Part shown: piece after piece, positions 1-14,686 of the stretch | Numbering within the stretch: position 1 is the first letter of the stretch | How the letters are laid out: every line of letters starts with the position of its first letter | Sequence record: NC_042081.1 | DNA length: 64,000 bases | Reading direction: 5' to 3' (one strand) | Notes under the pieces: model-generated | The model's database searches: none | What the model saw: only the letters and a program-made list of their open reading frames with translations | What the model was told of the DNA's origin: nothing | Position numbers and translations under genes: made by a program

Positions 1-757
1 CAGTTTCAGTAATCTCTACATCAGGTTCATCATTGGAACTTTTATCAGCAGTTGTCTGTTCAGCACCGGCTTCTTCCGGTGTCACATCATCATCGATACC
101 AGGAACTGCTTCGCTTACAACTTCACCAGCATCTAATACTTCATCCGGTAGTGTATCCATAGTAGATGACACGGGTTCATCACCAGTTGGGAGTTCTTCA
201 GACAGTGGTGCAGGAGGCGGAGTTTCGTCACCAAGTGGGGTTTCTTCAGTGGGAGTTAATTCCACTGCTGTTTCACCAGGTGCTTCTGCAACAGGCACTA
301 GTTCAGTATCATCAGCCGCATCTTGTGCAGCTTCAATAATTTCAGTGGTTGAATCTAAAACCTCTTTACCACCTTCAGAAATTGTACCGATTTCTTCAGC
401 GATTTCAGCTTCAGCAACTTTAACTGCTTCTTCGCCTTCTTCGACACTAGTAGTAGCTAGCGGTTCAGGAATACTTTCCTCAACAACAGTTTCTTCTGGT
501 ACAACTTCTTCAACAATTACTGCTGACTTATCAGCAGCATGTGCTGTTTCTTCATGTTCTTCAGCAGAGATAATATCAGTATCTGTTTTAACAGTTTCAT
601 TCTCAATAGTTGCAGATGCATCATTATCTTTCTTTAAATCTTGAACTAGTTCATGATCATCTTTAACAGATGTCTCGACTTTGGATACATCCTGTTCCAC
701 AGCCGTACCATCTTGGTTCTCAAGGCTGGCTACATATTTGTGAATATTTACCATCAT
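1..757 (-). CDS. Inner head (inner body) protein, phiKZ gp97-like; N-terminal part only, runs off the left edge
   Basis: Not in the ORF track because it is truncated. My translation from ATG 757, with SD-like GAAGGT upstream, gives MMVNIHKYVASLENQDGTAVEQ..., open to position 1. Very acidic E/D/T/P-rich propeptide with an S-L-E protease motif; follows the gp93-96-like genes. Confidence 0.8.
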   Translation of the reverse strand, partial: MMVNIHKYVASLENQDGTAVEQDVSKVETSVKDDHELVQDLKKDNDASATIENETVKTDTDIISAEEHEETAHAADKSAVIVEEVVPEETVVEESIPEPLATTSVEEGEEAVKVAEAEIAEEIGTISEGGKEVLDSTTEIIEAAQDAADDTELVPVAEAPGETAVELTPTEETPLGDETPPPAPLSEELPTGDEPVSSTMDTLPDEVLDAGEVVSEAVPGIDDDVTPEEAGAEQTTADKSSNDEPDVEITET

Positions 758-785
758 GTTAATATACCTTCTGTACAGAGTTTAT

Positions 786-815
786 GAGTTATGCTATTCG
801 TCTTAGTCATAACTC
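786..815 (-). promoter_or_regulatory. Inverted repeat GAGTTATG...CATAACTC containing a TATG late-promoter core upstream of the gp97-like gene
   Basis: 8-bp perfect arms at 786-793 and 808-815. TATG is the known phiKZ late-promoter core. Confidence 0.45.
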
Positions 816-856
816 CAAGCGACGAACGTTAACATTCAAAATATTGCGCTGGAATC

Positions 857-1972
857 TTACTTTAGATTTTCATCGCATACATTGAGTATGGCAGTCAAAT
901 TACGACATGTTAATTTAAATAGGTCGTGATAAGGAATAGCCAACCAATCAACATATGTTTCTACCAATGAAACAAGTTCTTGTATTTCTCTATCAGGTCG
1001 CCCTTCATTACGAGCACGTGTTAGTTCATCTCTAAACCTGATTAATGCACCTTTAAGAGTCCTTAACCGTTCATTTCGACGAGTACGCATTGATGCAGCA
1101 TTTGCACGATTGATCTTATCAACTACCTTAACAACTCGATCAATAATACTTTCAGTAACTTGATGGTTGAAATGTTCAAATTCTATTTCGACTGGTAGTG
1201 GTCTAGGGGTTTCTTCAGATGGAACTAACCGTGAAGAAATATCCCTACACTGATCATAAGCACTTGCATTCTTATCGGGATTATAGTTAATTACAATCTG
1301 ATGATTACCTAGCAAATGCAATGATACAAATCGATTACCTTGATCGCGATAAACAGATGGTGTGGTTATTTTAGTTGGGGCACTATTTAATAGTAGTTCT
1401 GCTAAAGCATCTGGACTAGCATTTGGATTCATATACGAAGGTATGATATTAGCTGGCCTTAGAATCACATTGTCTAATCCATTGATATACCCATCAACTA
1501 CTGTCTCCAATACGCGTAAGTGAGATAACAAATTAGCACTATTGGTAATAGGTTTATATCTAACACTTAGGTTCTGAATACGAGTTGTAATTAGGAATGT
1601 AGGATTCTTATTTTTACGAGTTCTAGCACGACTGTTAACTCGTAAGTTTTCTGCTCGAATTGCAACATATTCAGCTGTAGCTGCTAATACTACTCCACTA
1701 TCCATTAGTTTCTCAATAGTGGTGACAAATAGTTTAATAACTCGATCAATGACATGTTTAATAGTATCACTAATATCTTCAGTAGATACCACATCCTCTA
1801 ATTCTTTGATAACCCCTTGGATCTGATTATAATCTTCCATACCACCTAATAGATCCATCACTCGCCTAGCTAATGCTTCATCGCCTGATAATAAATCTGC
1901 AAGTCTTTTAGGTTCATCAAGATCAATAATCATTTCATCTGGTGTATCTTTATAAATATCAATTAATTCCAT
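857..1972 (-). CDS. Head protein, phiKZ gp96-like
   Basis: 371 aa. SD AGGAG, TATG upstream, S-T-E-D processing-type motif (VVSTEDIS); synteny. Confidence 0.7.
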   Translation of the reverse strand: MELIDIYKDTPDEMIIDLDEPKRLADLLSGDEALARRVMDLLGGMEDYNQIQGVIKELEDVVSTEDISDTIKHVIDRVIKLFVTTIEKLMDSGVVLAATAEYVAIRAENLRVNSRARTRKNKNPTFLITTRIQNLSVRYKPITNSANLLSHLRVLETVVDGYINGLDNVILRPANIIPSYMNPNASPDALAELLLNSAPTKITTPSVYRDQGNRFVSLHLLGNHQIVINYNPDKNASAYDQCRDISSRLVPSEETPRPLPVEIEFEHFNHQVTESIIDRVVKVVDKINRANAASMRTRRNERLRTLKGALIRFRDELTRARNEGRPDREIQELVSLVETYVDWLAIPYHDLFKLTCRNLTAILNVCDENLK

Positions 1973-1990
1973 TGCTAACTCCTAACATAA

Positions 1991-2014
1991 GACGGGACTC
2001 TTCCGAGCCCCGTC
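1991..2014. terminator. Intrinsic terminator-like hairpin flanked by CATAA and TATG
   Basis: GACGGG.CTC-TTCC-GAG.CCCGTC between the gp95- and gp96-like genes. Confidence 0.7.
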
Positions 2015-2033
2015 AATATGTCGTCACCTATCA

Positions 2034-3677
2034 TTATTCTGCTTGGAATTTAGTGTTAATTACACTATTATAAAGTCCAGTTGCAGTATTTGCGTAACGC
2101 ATTGCTTCACGAATAATGGAGTCATGTTTAGGTGCACTATCTGTAATAATAGATGCTACCTTACGTGATACTTCTTCGATCTGTTCTTTAGAAACATCGT
2201 CGATTTTATCACTCTCTAGTTTCCGTGAAAGTTGATCAACATCATCTTCAAGTTGCTTAATGGCTTTAACAATGTTCCGTCCGCCAGTGATAACATTAGC
2301 TGCATCATCAACCAGATTACGTAGAGCTACTGCTTCTTTCTTAGCTTGACTCTTATCAAAGTTCTTTAAAGTCACTTCAGCGCCAGGTTCTGCGGCTGTC
2401 TCATCATCCGTTAGATATACTTGAGTAGCAGTCGTAGTTACAAGCTTATTACCCGGTAAAGTGTTAGATGTACTAGCGTAGTGTTTGAGAGGCCCATCTT
2501 GAAGTTTGTCCATCTTCTCAACTAGTTCGCTAGCATCATTACGCTCTGGATCCCAAGCTTTAAGCACAGTGCCAATATTCGTTAGGTAGGTAGCATAGTC
2601 TTTTGCATATACAGATGCCATCCATTTAACAATAGGGCCATATCCAACGTTAGCTGAAGGCTGAATGAATTTACCATTAGCAAATACGGGTCCACCATTT
2701 TTAACAGGAACCGTTAATTCACTGGGTATATTTTCAAACTTAGCATTTTGGATAGCTAAAATGAGTTCATCAACTTTTACGCTCACACGCGGTACACTAT
2801 TCTTAAGACTATCCCATACGTGGCTAATAATTTCACGTAGTTTAGCAATAGCTTTCTTGATATAAGCAAGCGCCTTACGACTTAACTCTTTAATATCCTC
2901 AGTTGAAATCTTAACTGGATATAAATGACTTTTACCACCAGTCGTATAGTTTTCTAATGAGCTAGTTAAAGTATTATCACCAAGTACATGACGATGTGGT
3001 AAGAGTGCAGAATGAATAAATGCAGCTGTACTTTGACTGATACCATTAATACCAGCTTGTCGAACAAGAGCTTTAATCGACTCTAGGGCATATGCGGTAT
3101 TTAGACCTTGATTAATATCTTGCACTGCTGTAGTAACTACTTGTGCATTACCAATGTCCATGAAATCAGTAGGTTTATCCATATCCACTGCAACAGCGAT
3201 CTGTGGCACCACGCCATTATGCGCTAGTGGAATAGAACTATCTTTGGCAGCCTGATCAGCGATTTGCTGAGTTACTGTTTCACCACCTTGTGGTTCCTCT
3301 CCTTCGGCACCTGCTGGAATAACTGTTTCAACAGCAATATTAGGTTGTTCAGGAATAGGGGGTACTTCTGTTACTACATCTGTTTCAACTACGGTAACTG
3401 GTACAGCTGGTTGTTCAACTAGAGTAGCAGCTGGAGTCTCAACAATAACGCCATTATTAGGAGTATTAACAATAGTGGTATCTGCATCCACTGGTGCAGT
3501 TGGTGTTACACCAACATTATTGTCAGTCACATCTTGAATAGTATTTTCAGGTACAGCGTCTTCAGAAATACAATCGCCACTAGTCATGGCTGCTACTTTA
3601 TCAACTGCTGTTTCAGGAATAGGTACCTCAGTATAGTCTTCTAGACTATCTAGATACTCATTGAGTTTAAATGTCAT
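2034..3677 (-). CDS. Inner head protein, phiKZ gp95-like (internal-head-protein paralog family)
   Basis: 547 aa. Acidic propeptide, then a block shared with gp93/94 (LE..AG..GISQ.AAF.H..SLENY..ISTEDIKE). Confidence 0.8.
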   Translation of the reverse strand: MTFKLNEYLDSLEDYTEVPIPETAVDKVAAMTSGDCISEDAVPENTIQDVTDNNVGVTPTAPVDADTTIVNTPNNGVIVETPAATLVEQPAVPVTVVETDVVTEVPPIPEQPNIAVETVIPAGAEGEEPQGGETVTQQIADQAAKDSSIPLAHNGVVPQIAVAVDMDKPTDFMDIGNAQVVTTAVQDINQGLNTAYALESIKALVRQAGINGISQSTAAFIHSALLPHRHVLGDNTLTSSLENYTTGGKSHLYPVKISTEDIKELSRKALAYIKKAIAKLREIISHVWDSLKNSVPRVSVKVDELILAIQNAKFENIPSELTVPVKNGGPVFANGKFIQPSANVGYGPIVKWMASVYAKDYATYLTNIGTVLKAWDPERNDASELVEKMDKLQDGPLKHYASTSNTLPGNKLVTTTATQVYLTDDETAAEPGAEVTLKNFDKSQAKKEAVALRNLVDDAANVITGGRNIVKAIKQLEDDVDQLSRKLESDKIDDVSKEQIEEVSRKVASIITDSAPKHDSIIREAMRYANTATGLYNSVINTKFQAE

Positions 3678-3764
3678 GTTATTTCCTCAAGGAATTTCTT
3701 TGCGCGCGTTTAACAATAAACCATAGAATTAGGTACTTAGATAAAAATGAACACTTAGATATAT

Positions 3765-5297
3765 TTATTGGCCATATCTTTCTAATTCCATATTACAAAC
3801 AGCATTTCGTTGCTTTGCAATACGTAATAGGTAACTAATTAGTGTTGCGTATTCTGGTGACATATCGGTAATAAAGCCATTAACTAAAGATATAATCTCA
3901 TTTGCATCATCACGAGCACCTTTCCAAATAGCTTTAGACCTACGTAGCTCCATGTCCTCAATGCCCTGTGCAACCTTCTTCAGTTGTTCAAGGACATCTT
4001 TTTCAGCTTTAAATAGATCACCTAAACGACGAATAGCTTCTTTATTAACTTCTAATGTTTTACGCACTTCAACAGGCGGCCTTGGCTCGATCGTGATTGT
4101 ATCTGGACCATCACCATGTTTATCTTCACCAAGTCGTGGAGCATATTTATCTTTCTGGAATATAAGTTTACTATTACCAGGTAGAGAAGTATCTTTTACT
4201 TTATCTAACTGATTAGCTTCACCAATAAATTCAAAAGCCTCTTTAAACTTATCTAGTTCATTATCTTCTAAGTCGTAGTCTTTAATTAATTTAACTACTT
4301 TATCAATGTTTGATCTAGCTATATTTGGCCATTCTTTAGCTAGAAATTGACTAACTTTTGTTTCATTAGTTAAATCGTCTAAAACAAATTCATCACCAAT
4401 GAATAACATTTTAGGATTGTCAATTTTAATTGACATATCAAAATCAGGTGTTACCCTTTCATTTGATACAGTTGGCTTATTGATTAAACTTTTCGCTTTT
4501 TCAATTAACTCATCAGTTTTATCTTCAACTGATTTGATTCCAGTTAGTACACGCTGTGCCGCTACTTTAGCTTGTTCAATAACATGGACTATTAAAGCAA
4601 GTATCTTTTTACCTATACTTTCAATACGTTCTTTTATTTCTTCTTGAGAAATATTTACAAAACGCATAGCGCTGCTAGGGGTTGCATTAAAATCTTCAAT
4701 ACTAATCTTTTCAAAGCCGATAAGCTTATCAATTGATTCTAATGTAACGTGCATAAAAGCAGCTGATTGTTTAGTAATACCTCTATCACCAGCGGTATTT
4801 AATAAATCTATAAAACATTCTAAACTAGTACGCGCATGCAGTAATTGATTTAGCTGATATGTCATGTTTTGAGATGGAGGTGTATCATACGCAAAGATAT
4901 TTAAATGGTCATCATCACTATCTAAATCTTTACCATCCACTGGCGTAGGTCTATTATCAGGACTTTCTCGGGTATCATGGGGTGATGCTGGATATTCTTC
5001 TGATGCGACGTATGTTTTACCAAATGAATCAACTTCAGTAACTAAACCACGATCTGATTTCCAATGGATATTAGGTTTATGTGCTTCTTCAACATCTAAC
5101 CCATTATTAGTTGCTTTTACATCATTTGGTAATTCATCAATTAACTTGGCAGCTTCTTCTGGTTCTTTAGATATTTGCTTGTCATCTATAGCAGCATGCT
5201 TTAGTTTGGCTTTCGCGACTTTTTCTTTTACTTCAATAGTACCGTAAGCTTCTAAGCTATCAAGTAATTTATTTAAGTTCATTTTACAATCCCTCAA
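3765..5297 (-). CDS. Inner head protein, phiKZ gp94-like (true start probably 5282, MNLNK)
   Basis: Paralog block TSLE..AGDRGITKQSAAFMHVTLES..ISQEEIKE. Confidence 0.8.
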   Translation of the reverse strand: MRDCKMNLNKLLDSLEAYGTIEVKEKVAKAKLKHAAIDDKQISKEPEEAAKLIDELPNDVKATNNGLDVEEAHKPNIHWKSDRGLVTEVDSFGKTYVASEEYPASPHDTRESPDNRPTPVDGKDLDSDDDHLNIFAYDTPPSQNMTYQLNQLLHARTSLECFIDLLNTAGDRGITKQSAAFMHVTLESIDKLIGFEKISIEDFNATPSSAMRFVNISQEEIKERIESIGKKILALIVHVIEQAKVAAQRVLTGIKSVEDKTDELIEKAKSLINKPTVSNERVTPDFDMSIKIDNPKMLFIGDEFVLDDLTNETKVSQFLAKEWPNIARSNIDKVVKLIKDYDLEDNELDKFKEAFEFIGEANQLDKVKDTSLPGNSKLIFQKDKYAPRLGEDKHGDGPDTITIEPRPPVEVRKTLEVNKEAIRRLGDLFKAEKDVLEQLKKVAQGIEDMELRRSKAIWKGARDDANEIISLVNGFITDMSPEYATLISYLLRIAKQRNAVCNMELERYGQ

Positions 5298-5320
5298 GAA
5301 TATTTAATTACATAGCATAA

Positions 5321-5342
5321 GAGGAACCCCTGAGGGTTCCTC
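5321..5342. terminator. Intrinsic terminator-like hairpin
   Basis: GAGGAACCC-CTGA-GGGTTCCTC directly after the gp93-like stop. Confidence 0.75.
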
Positions 5343-5352
5343 GTTATATTTA

Positions 5353-6651
5353 TTACTTCTCGTCGTTCTCAGGGGCTTTTGAAGCTTCTTTACCATAAGC
5401 TGTAAGTTCATGCTTAACAATAAAGGTGTATTGCGCTGAGATACACTTAGCGATGTAATTAACTAGTTCGCTATTATCAATGGAACCAATGTTCAGAGCG
5501 TTACGTACGGCTTCTTTTGACATACCGCTCTTTTCAGGATCCCAGTCTTCTAGTGCTTTCTCAAGGTTCTCTGAAAGAGTATAGTCAAGATTATTAAAAT
5601 CGCGTAATTTAGTAATAAGACCTTTAAGAATATTGAGATGAGTTAGAATCTTACTTGGTTGACGTACTTCAACATTAATTTCATGTGCTTCAGTAGGTTT
5701 ATCGCTCTCAACAACTACCCATTTATTTACACCACTAGATGAGGCCTCAACCTCTAGCTTGATATCACCAGGTGCCTTCTCAACTGCCTTCTTAATCGAG
5801 TCAGCCATTTTCATATCGATATATTTATCTGCGTCAACCTCATCACCATTTTTAAGATGACGGATAGCAACTTCATTATACTTCTTAATAGCCGATACAT
5901 ACTGAGTTGAGAAAACAGTCATGAAGTCTGCAATTGTTTTTGGATTATTAGCAATAAAGCCATCACTAGACATCATGTACTTTGTGGGTGTAAACTTAAC
6001 TTCTTCTTTCTTAAGACTACTTGCTTTAACTGTCTTTACACCATCGATGGTTTTGTCGATGCGCATTTCTAGTGCTACTAGCTTTGGATTAAAATCTTTA
6101 ATCTTTTGCTTTAGCATAGCAATAATCTTTTTGATGATTTCTAAAGCCTTCTTACCTGCTTCCTTCAGTTTCTCTTTAATATCTTCAAGAGAGATAACTG
6201 CTGCTTTCTGGATAGCGCTACGTGGAGAAGCATCATAATTTTCAAGTGCCGCAGTTAACTCTGATTTCTCAATACCTAGAATACGGTCGATTGATTCCAT
6301 ACCGACATGCATGAAGGCTGCTGCTTGTCGAGAAATGCCATCCTCACCAGCTTGAAGTAAAAGACCTTGAAACTTTTCAAGTGCTTCTTTAGCGTTCTCA
6401 ATCTGACCTAGTTCGTCTTCAGCTTGGACAATGGTTACTTCAGTGTCTAGCGTATTGGGTTGAACAACATCATCTGGATCAAGGACTTCTTCTACAGGGT
6501 TATTTTCAATCTGATCAACTTCTGCTAATACAGACGACACGTCAGCAGAAGTTTCATTTTCAACGACTAATTCAACGTCACCATGAATCATAGTACCTTG
6601 ATCTTCAATTGATTCAAGTGATAGTTTGTCTAGCATTTTAAGTAGAGACAT
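5353..6651 (-). CDS. Inner head protein, phiKZ gp93-like
   Basis: 432 aa. Paralog block ALE..AGEDGISRQAAAFMHVGMES..ALENY..ISLEDIKE. Confidence 0.8.
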   Translation of the reverse strand: MSLLKMLDKLSLESIEDQGTMIHGDVELVVENETSADVSSVLAEVDQIENNPVEEVLDPDDVVQPNTLDTEVTIVQAEDELGQIENAKEALEKFQGLLLQAGEDGISRQAAAFMHVGMESIDRILGIEKSELTAALENYDASPRSAIQKAAVISLEDIKEKLKEAGKKALEIIKKIIAMLKQKIKDFNPKLVALEMRIDKTIDGVKTVKASSLKKEEVKFTPTKYMMSSDGFIANNPKTIADFMTVFSTQYVSAIKKYNEVAIRHLKNGDEVDADKYIDMKMADSIKKAVEKAPGDIKLEVEASSSGVNKWVVVESDKPTEAHEINVEVRQPSKILTHLNILKGLITKLRDFNNLDYTLSENLEKALEDWDPEKSGMSKEAVRNALNIGSIDNSELVNYIAKCISAQYTFIVKHELTAYGKEASKAPENDEK

Positions 6652-6656
6652 GTTAA

Positions 6657-7979
6657 TTACCTTACCTGGGAGGGATTATTTACTTGTTCTTGCGTAGGTC
6701 TTTGAATTGGACGCTGGTAAGCTTTTAATTCTAACTCGGTCACGAATACTAGTCGACCCATTACTCTGACTAAACCAGCAAGAGCATTACTAAAATCTGT
6801 TACAACGCGACTTACATTATTGATCATTAATGTAATTGAATTAATGATGTTTGAGATAGCAGGGATACCATCGGGGGCATCAGGATCTTGAACTTTTGCT
6901 TGACGATTTCGCATATTAGATTGCTGTGCCCGAATCCTACCAGCTTGTTGACGATTAGTTTCAGCTAACTGCATTAACCTACCAAATTCAAAATCTAGTT
7001 TAGTTGCATAATCTTTTCTAGCATCTACACGTTTAGCCATTTCGCTTAATAATACTAACCGTCTTCCAATTGAACTCGTATCATTAACCTTAAAGGTATT
7101 GTTACCTTCAGGTGCATCCTTCATAGTAGGAATAGTATAAAACTTAAAGGCAAAATCACGGACAGTGTTTACTAAAAAATCCCAATCCCTGATCTCTTCA
7201 GTCTGTGTTTCAGTTGGCCCTGCGCCAAATAAAGTTTTATTACCTTGAACTGGCATACTACGATAAACTGTAGAACTTACTCTAAATCTATCATCTTTCT
7301 TAATAGGTACTGCACCCTTCATCCAGTTCTTAACATTAAACTTACTAAAGTCTTGTGCAGCTCTATCAGTCCATTTTTCATCAAATGATAATTTCCTAAG
7401 GATATCAGCTACAGATTGGATATACAAGAGTAGGGATTTATCATAGAAAGCTATCAAGTTGTTAACTTGCATGAGTATCGGATCAACTGTAGTCGGTTCG
7501 AATTTACCATCAATACTAAATCGTTTAGTATTTTTAAATTTTAATTCTTGCTTAAATGGCTCATGCTTAATATTTTCAGCTCTTTCTAAAAGCATGTTTA
7601 TTCGTTCAAGAGTACGTTGATTACCTTGTGTAATAACACGTGCATACTCTTTTAACTCATCTCGATGCTTTGCTTGGGATTTTTTCATTTCATCCCAGGT
7701 ATTTCGTGCTGTCTTAGATAGATCTTCTAATGATACATTCTCAGTTTTTAGAATGTGTTCACTAACAACATCTTGGTTATCTGCATATTTTTGAAATAAG
7801 CCATCGGTATAGGTTTTAACTAAAATGTCTTTTTCAGTGCATTCTAATCTACTTTGAATATCTTCAATTGATGGCAATAATTCTTTTAGATATCCATCGC
7901 ATGTAGCGATCATATCGACGGGGCTGTCCCCGTCGATTGATTCAAGTAAGACCGAATGACTAAGTGAATTATTAGTCAT
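6657..7979 (-). CDS. Head protein, phiKZ gp92-like
   Basis: 440 aa. VSLEDLS processing-type motif; synteny. Confidence 0.65.
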   Translation of the reverse strand: MTNNSLSHSVLLESIDGDSPVDMIATCDGYLKELLPSIEDIQSRLECTEKDILVKTYTDGLFQKYADNQDVVSEHILKTENVSLEDLSKTARNTWDEMKKSQAKHRDELKEYARVITQGNQRTLERINMLLERAENIKHEPFKQELKFKNTKRFSIDGKFEPTTVDPILMQVNNLIAFYDKSLLLYIQSVADILRKLSFDEKWTDRAAQDFSKFNVKNWMKGAVPIKKDDRFRVSSTVYRSMPVQGNKTLFGAGPTETQTEEIRDWDFLVNTVRDFAFKFYTIPTMKDAPEGNNTFKVNDTSSIGRRLVLLSEMAKRVDARKDYATKLDFEFGRLMQLAETNRQQAGRIRAQQSNMRNRQAKVQDPDAPDGIPAISNIINSITLMINNVSRVVTDFSNALAGLVRVMGRLVFVTELELKAYQRPIQRPTQEQVNNPSQVR

Positions 7980-7988
7980 AGATAGTCC

Positions 7989-8534
7989 TCAGTCCTTATC
8001 TATTACTTCTACAGATCCAAATAGTAGATGTAGGGTATACATTAGATCATTCATACCGTTTTTGTGTTTAACCCAATTCTGGATCATTGAAACAGTATTT
8101 AGATCTAATTTTAACTCATTAAAGAGAGTAGCAATTTCAGCGCGCGGTTCAATGAGTTGTGCACCAGCATCTGGTTCAGTAGCTAGTAACATTGGCCATT
8201 GGGTAATTGAAATACGTCGATGACCCGTAGCAATGTATCGAACAGTATCTAATAGGAATTGATAATTATAACTATCGATATTACTATTATTGTCCTGTAG
8301 AATAAACCAATTATAGTTTCCGCTAAAAAGACGGATAGCACAAGCTAGGACTTTCTTATGGAATTCCCAATATGCCGTTTGTGCAGGAAAGTTGGTAAAG
8401 ATAAGATATAGTTCTTCAACTTGAGGATCACCGGGACGAGCAGTGAACCGTGAAATGGCCTGTTGTTGACCACCTGAGTAATTACGACCAAATGGGCGTA
8501 CAGCATTAGTTGCTGGCATATCAATGCCCTCCAT
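7989..8534 (-). CDS. Virion-associated protein, phiKZ gp91-like (start may be 8519)
   Basis: 181-aa ORF tightly coupled to its neighbours in the structural operon. Confidence 0.6.
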   Translation of the reverse strand: MEGIDMPATNAVRPFGRNYSGGQQQAISRFTARPGDPQVEELYLIFTNFPAQTAYWEFHKKVLACAIRLFSGNYNWFILQDNNSNIDSYNYQFLLDTVRYIATGHRRISITQWPMLLATEPDAGAQLIEPRAEIATLFNELKLDLNTVSMIQNWVKHKNGMNDLMYTLHLLFGSVEVIDKD

Positions 8535-9466
8535 TAGTGACCAAGAGATAGTAGATCACGATGGTTAGCAAAGAACTCAGATGCGCGATCTTGGATCATA
8601 CCTAGGCGATAGTTATAATCAGAGATACGAATTTCATACTCTTTAATAAGCTTCTGTAGGCGTGCATCCACTTTACCATTACTTTGCATTTCCCGCATTT
8701 CTTGTAAACGTAGCTGAAGTGCAAGGAATTCTTGCTCAGCTTCTTTAAAACGTTCAACCTGATACTCAGCTAAGAACTTGCCAAATAGCACGAACGGGTT
8801 CTGACGAGGTGAGAAGCCATCCATGTTAAGTGGATCACGTTGAGCTATAGAGAGAGCACTCACAGCTACATCATAAGTACCTTCATTGACTTCAGCACTA
8901 GATGCACGGCTTAAGCGTTGTTTCAGTTCATTAGTCTTAAGACTCATTGCTGGATACAGAGTAATGAATTGCGCCATATTAGTGTATAGCCATTCTTTCT
9001 CAGCACGAGATGATTTTAATTCAGTAGCCTTACCTAATTTCATTGCTTCTTGTGCAATTAGATTTAGTAGTAGTTTACGGCCATAACGAATATAGAAACT
9101 AAGACCATCAACAAAACGTAACATGTTTGCACGGTCAAAGGTTAGATTAGAGTTAGTAAACTGAATAGCAAATAAACGCCGGATTTCGCTTTCGATCATA
9201 TCAAAGCTACCACGAATATTTGAAAGAGTATCCAGTACTAGTTTAATCGGTTCAGTATTAAAACTAATCGCTCGCCGTAGTTCAGTAGATAACCGCATAC
9301 CTAAATCTGATTTAAGTTGCATATTACCAAATACTTCACCTACATCGTCAATAATTGGTGCGAGAGTTGCATCATATTCTTCACGTAATGAACGGATTTG
9401 ATTTAATAGTTCACGACGTTCAGTAACTGGTGCGAGTTCACGTACATAATCAATAATTCTCATCAC
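8534..9466 (-). CDS. Inner head protein, phiKZ gp90-like
   Basis: 310 aa, helical, with a coiled-coil-like C-terminus; synteny. Confidence 0.7.
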   Translation of the reverse strand: MMRIIDYVRELAPVTERRELLNQIRSLREEYDATLAPIIDDVGEVFGNMQLKSDLGMRLSTELRRAISFNTEPIKLVLDTLSNIRGSFDMIESEIRRLFAIQFTNSNLTFDRANMLRFVDGLSFYIRYGRKLLLNLIAQEAMKLGKATELKSSRAEKEWLYTNMAQFITLYPAMSLKTNELKQRLSRASSAEVNEGTYDVAVSALSIAQRDPLNMDGFSPRQNPFVLFGKFLAEYQVERFKEAEQEFLALQLRLQEMREMQSNGKVDARLQKLIKEYEIRISDYNYRLGMIQDRASEFFANHRDLLSLGH

Positions 9467-9473
9467 TCAGTCC

Positions 9474-10637
9474 TTAAATATTGGTAGACATGGTTTTATT
9501 CATCATTTTAAAGATCTCAGTGATATCCGGACCTTTATTCTTTTCAGCCATTTTAATTTCATCAAGTCGGTGAGATGTAGATAGATCAACCCCACGATGA
9601 TAAATAGTTACTCGCTCATAACGGTCATCAATAACAACAAGCATCATTAGATAGCTATTGTCAAAGATCTTTTGCCGAGTGGCGAAATCATCAATACGAC
9701 CATAAAGAGAATTAGAAGCAGCTTTAAGAGTTGAAGTTGATACAATCGCGATATTTGATGCATCTGCTAATGAAACCGTACCACTGCGAACTGATTGTTT
9801 CCAGTTGTTACGGCGGCGATCGGTGATTTGTTTATAAACACCTGATTTATCATTCATTAGAATGCGATAATGTTCATCGATCATATCTTGACCTAGAACG
9901 AAGTCACGCCAGAATTTAATTTGACCAGTTTTTACTAGAAATAGGCGATGTAGCCAAGTATCTCGTCCACCAGCACTAAAGATGTGCGCAATAATCTGAG
10001 GACTAACAGCGGCTGGAATTAAACGGATCATAACAGGAATTTTAGCTTTCTGCTTTCCTGATTTAACATCAACGTTAACCAGCTTACCAACGGCAAGGTT
10101 TTCAACTTCATAAATCTTTTGTGTATCACCACTAGAAATACTTTGTGCACTTGTACTTTCGTCATTCGCTTCCATTGAAGCTACCCAACGCTCATGTGAG
10201 TGTTCAGCGACGATATTTGGTAAATGCACAGGCTTCTCAAAAGACTCTAATGAAGGAAGACCATCAGAATACTCTTCGGCAGAGAATACACTAGTGCGAG
10301 TTACACCTGTACGGTTAGGATTAATAGTATCGAATACTTTTAAAGTATCAATCTTATCCACACCTAGAAGCATATTAACAGCTTGTAGATAATAACCAGT
10401 AAAAGACGATGAAACAAATTTCATAACGTCTTTCATGTAAGGTTGATCAACTAAGGTTTGGTCTACGATGACCAATGGTTCAACACGAGTTGGACGTGCT
10501 AGATCGGTTAGAGAAGAAATCTCTACACCATTTTTAGTGGCTTGTAGGACAGTCTGCATTAGACCACGTACACCTTGATCAGCAGCAACAGTCATCAGAG
10601 CAGAACTTACTGCTCCGGCGATTACAGGTAATGGCAT
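9474..10637 (-). CDS. Inner head protein, phiKZ gp89-like
   Basis: 387 aa. S-A-E, S-L-E and S-M-E motifs clustered at about aa 105-150; synteny. Confidence 0.7.
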   Translation of the reverse strand: MPLPVIAGAVSSALMTVAADQGVRGLMQTVLQATKNGVEISSLTDLARPTRVEPLVIVDQTLVDQPYMKDVMKFVSSSFTGYYLQAVNMLLGVDKIDTLKVFDTINPNRTGVTRTSVFSAEEYSDGLPSLESFEKPVHLPNIVAEHSHERWVASMEANDESTSAQSISSGDTQKIYEVENLAVGKLVNVDVKSGKQKAKIPVMIRLIPAAVSPQIIAHIFSAGGRDTWLHRLFLVKTGQIKFWRDFVLGQDMIDEHYRILMNDKSGVYKQITDRRRNNWKQSVRSGTVSLADASNIAIVSTSTLKAASNSLYGRIDDFATRQKIFDNSYLMMLVVIDDRYERVTIYHRGVDLSTSHRLDEIKMAEKNKGPDITEIFKMMNKTMSTNI

Positions 10638-10673
10638 TTTTCTCTTCCTATATGGGTTTGCAGAGAGTTATAA

Positions 10674-14645
<3,972 letters not shown>

Positions 14646-14653
14646 GGTCATAA

Positions 14654-14673
14654 GCCCTCCCCTAGGGGAGGGC
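14654..14673. terminator. Bidirectional terminator between the convergent gp87- and gp86-like genes
   Basis: GCCCTCCCC-TA-GGGGAGGGC flanked by CATAA and ATTATG. Confidence 0.8.
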
Positions 14674-14686
14674 ATTATGTTGTATT

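Noticed and set aside
33-644. 203-aa Ser-rich plus-strand ORF
   Set aside because: Antisense shadow of the acidic gp97-like gene; GAA/GAT codons read as TTC/TCA-type codons on the other strand.
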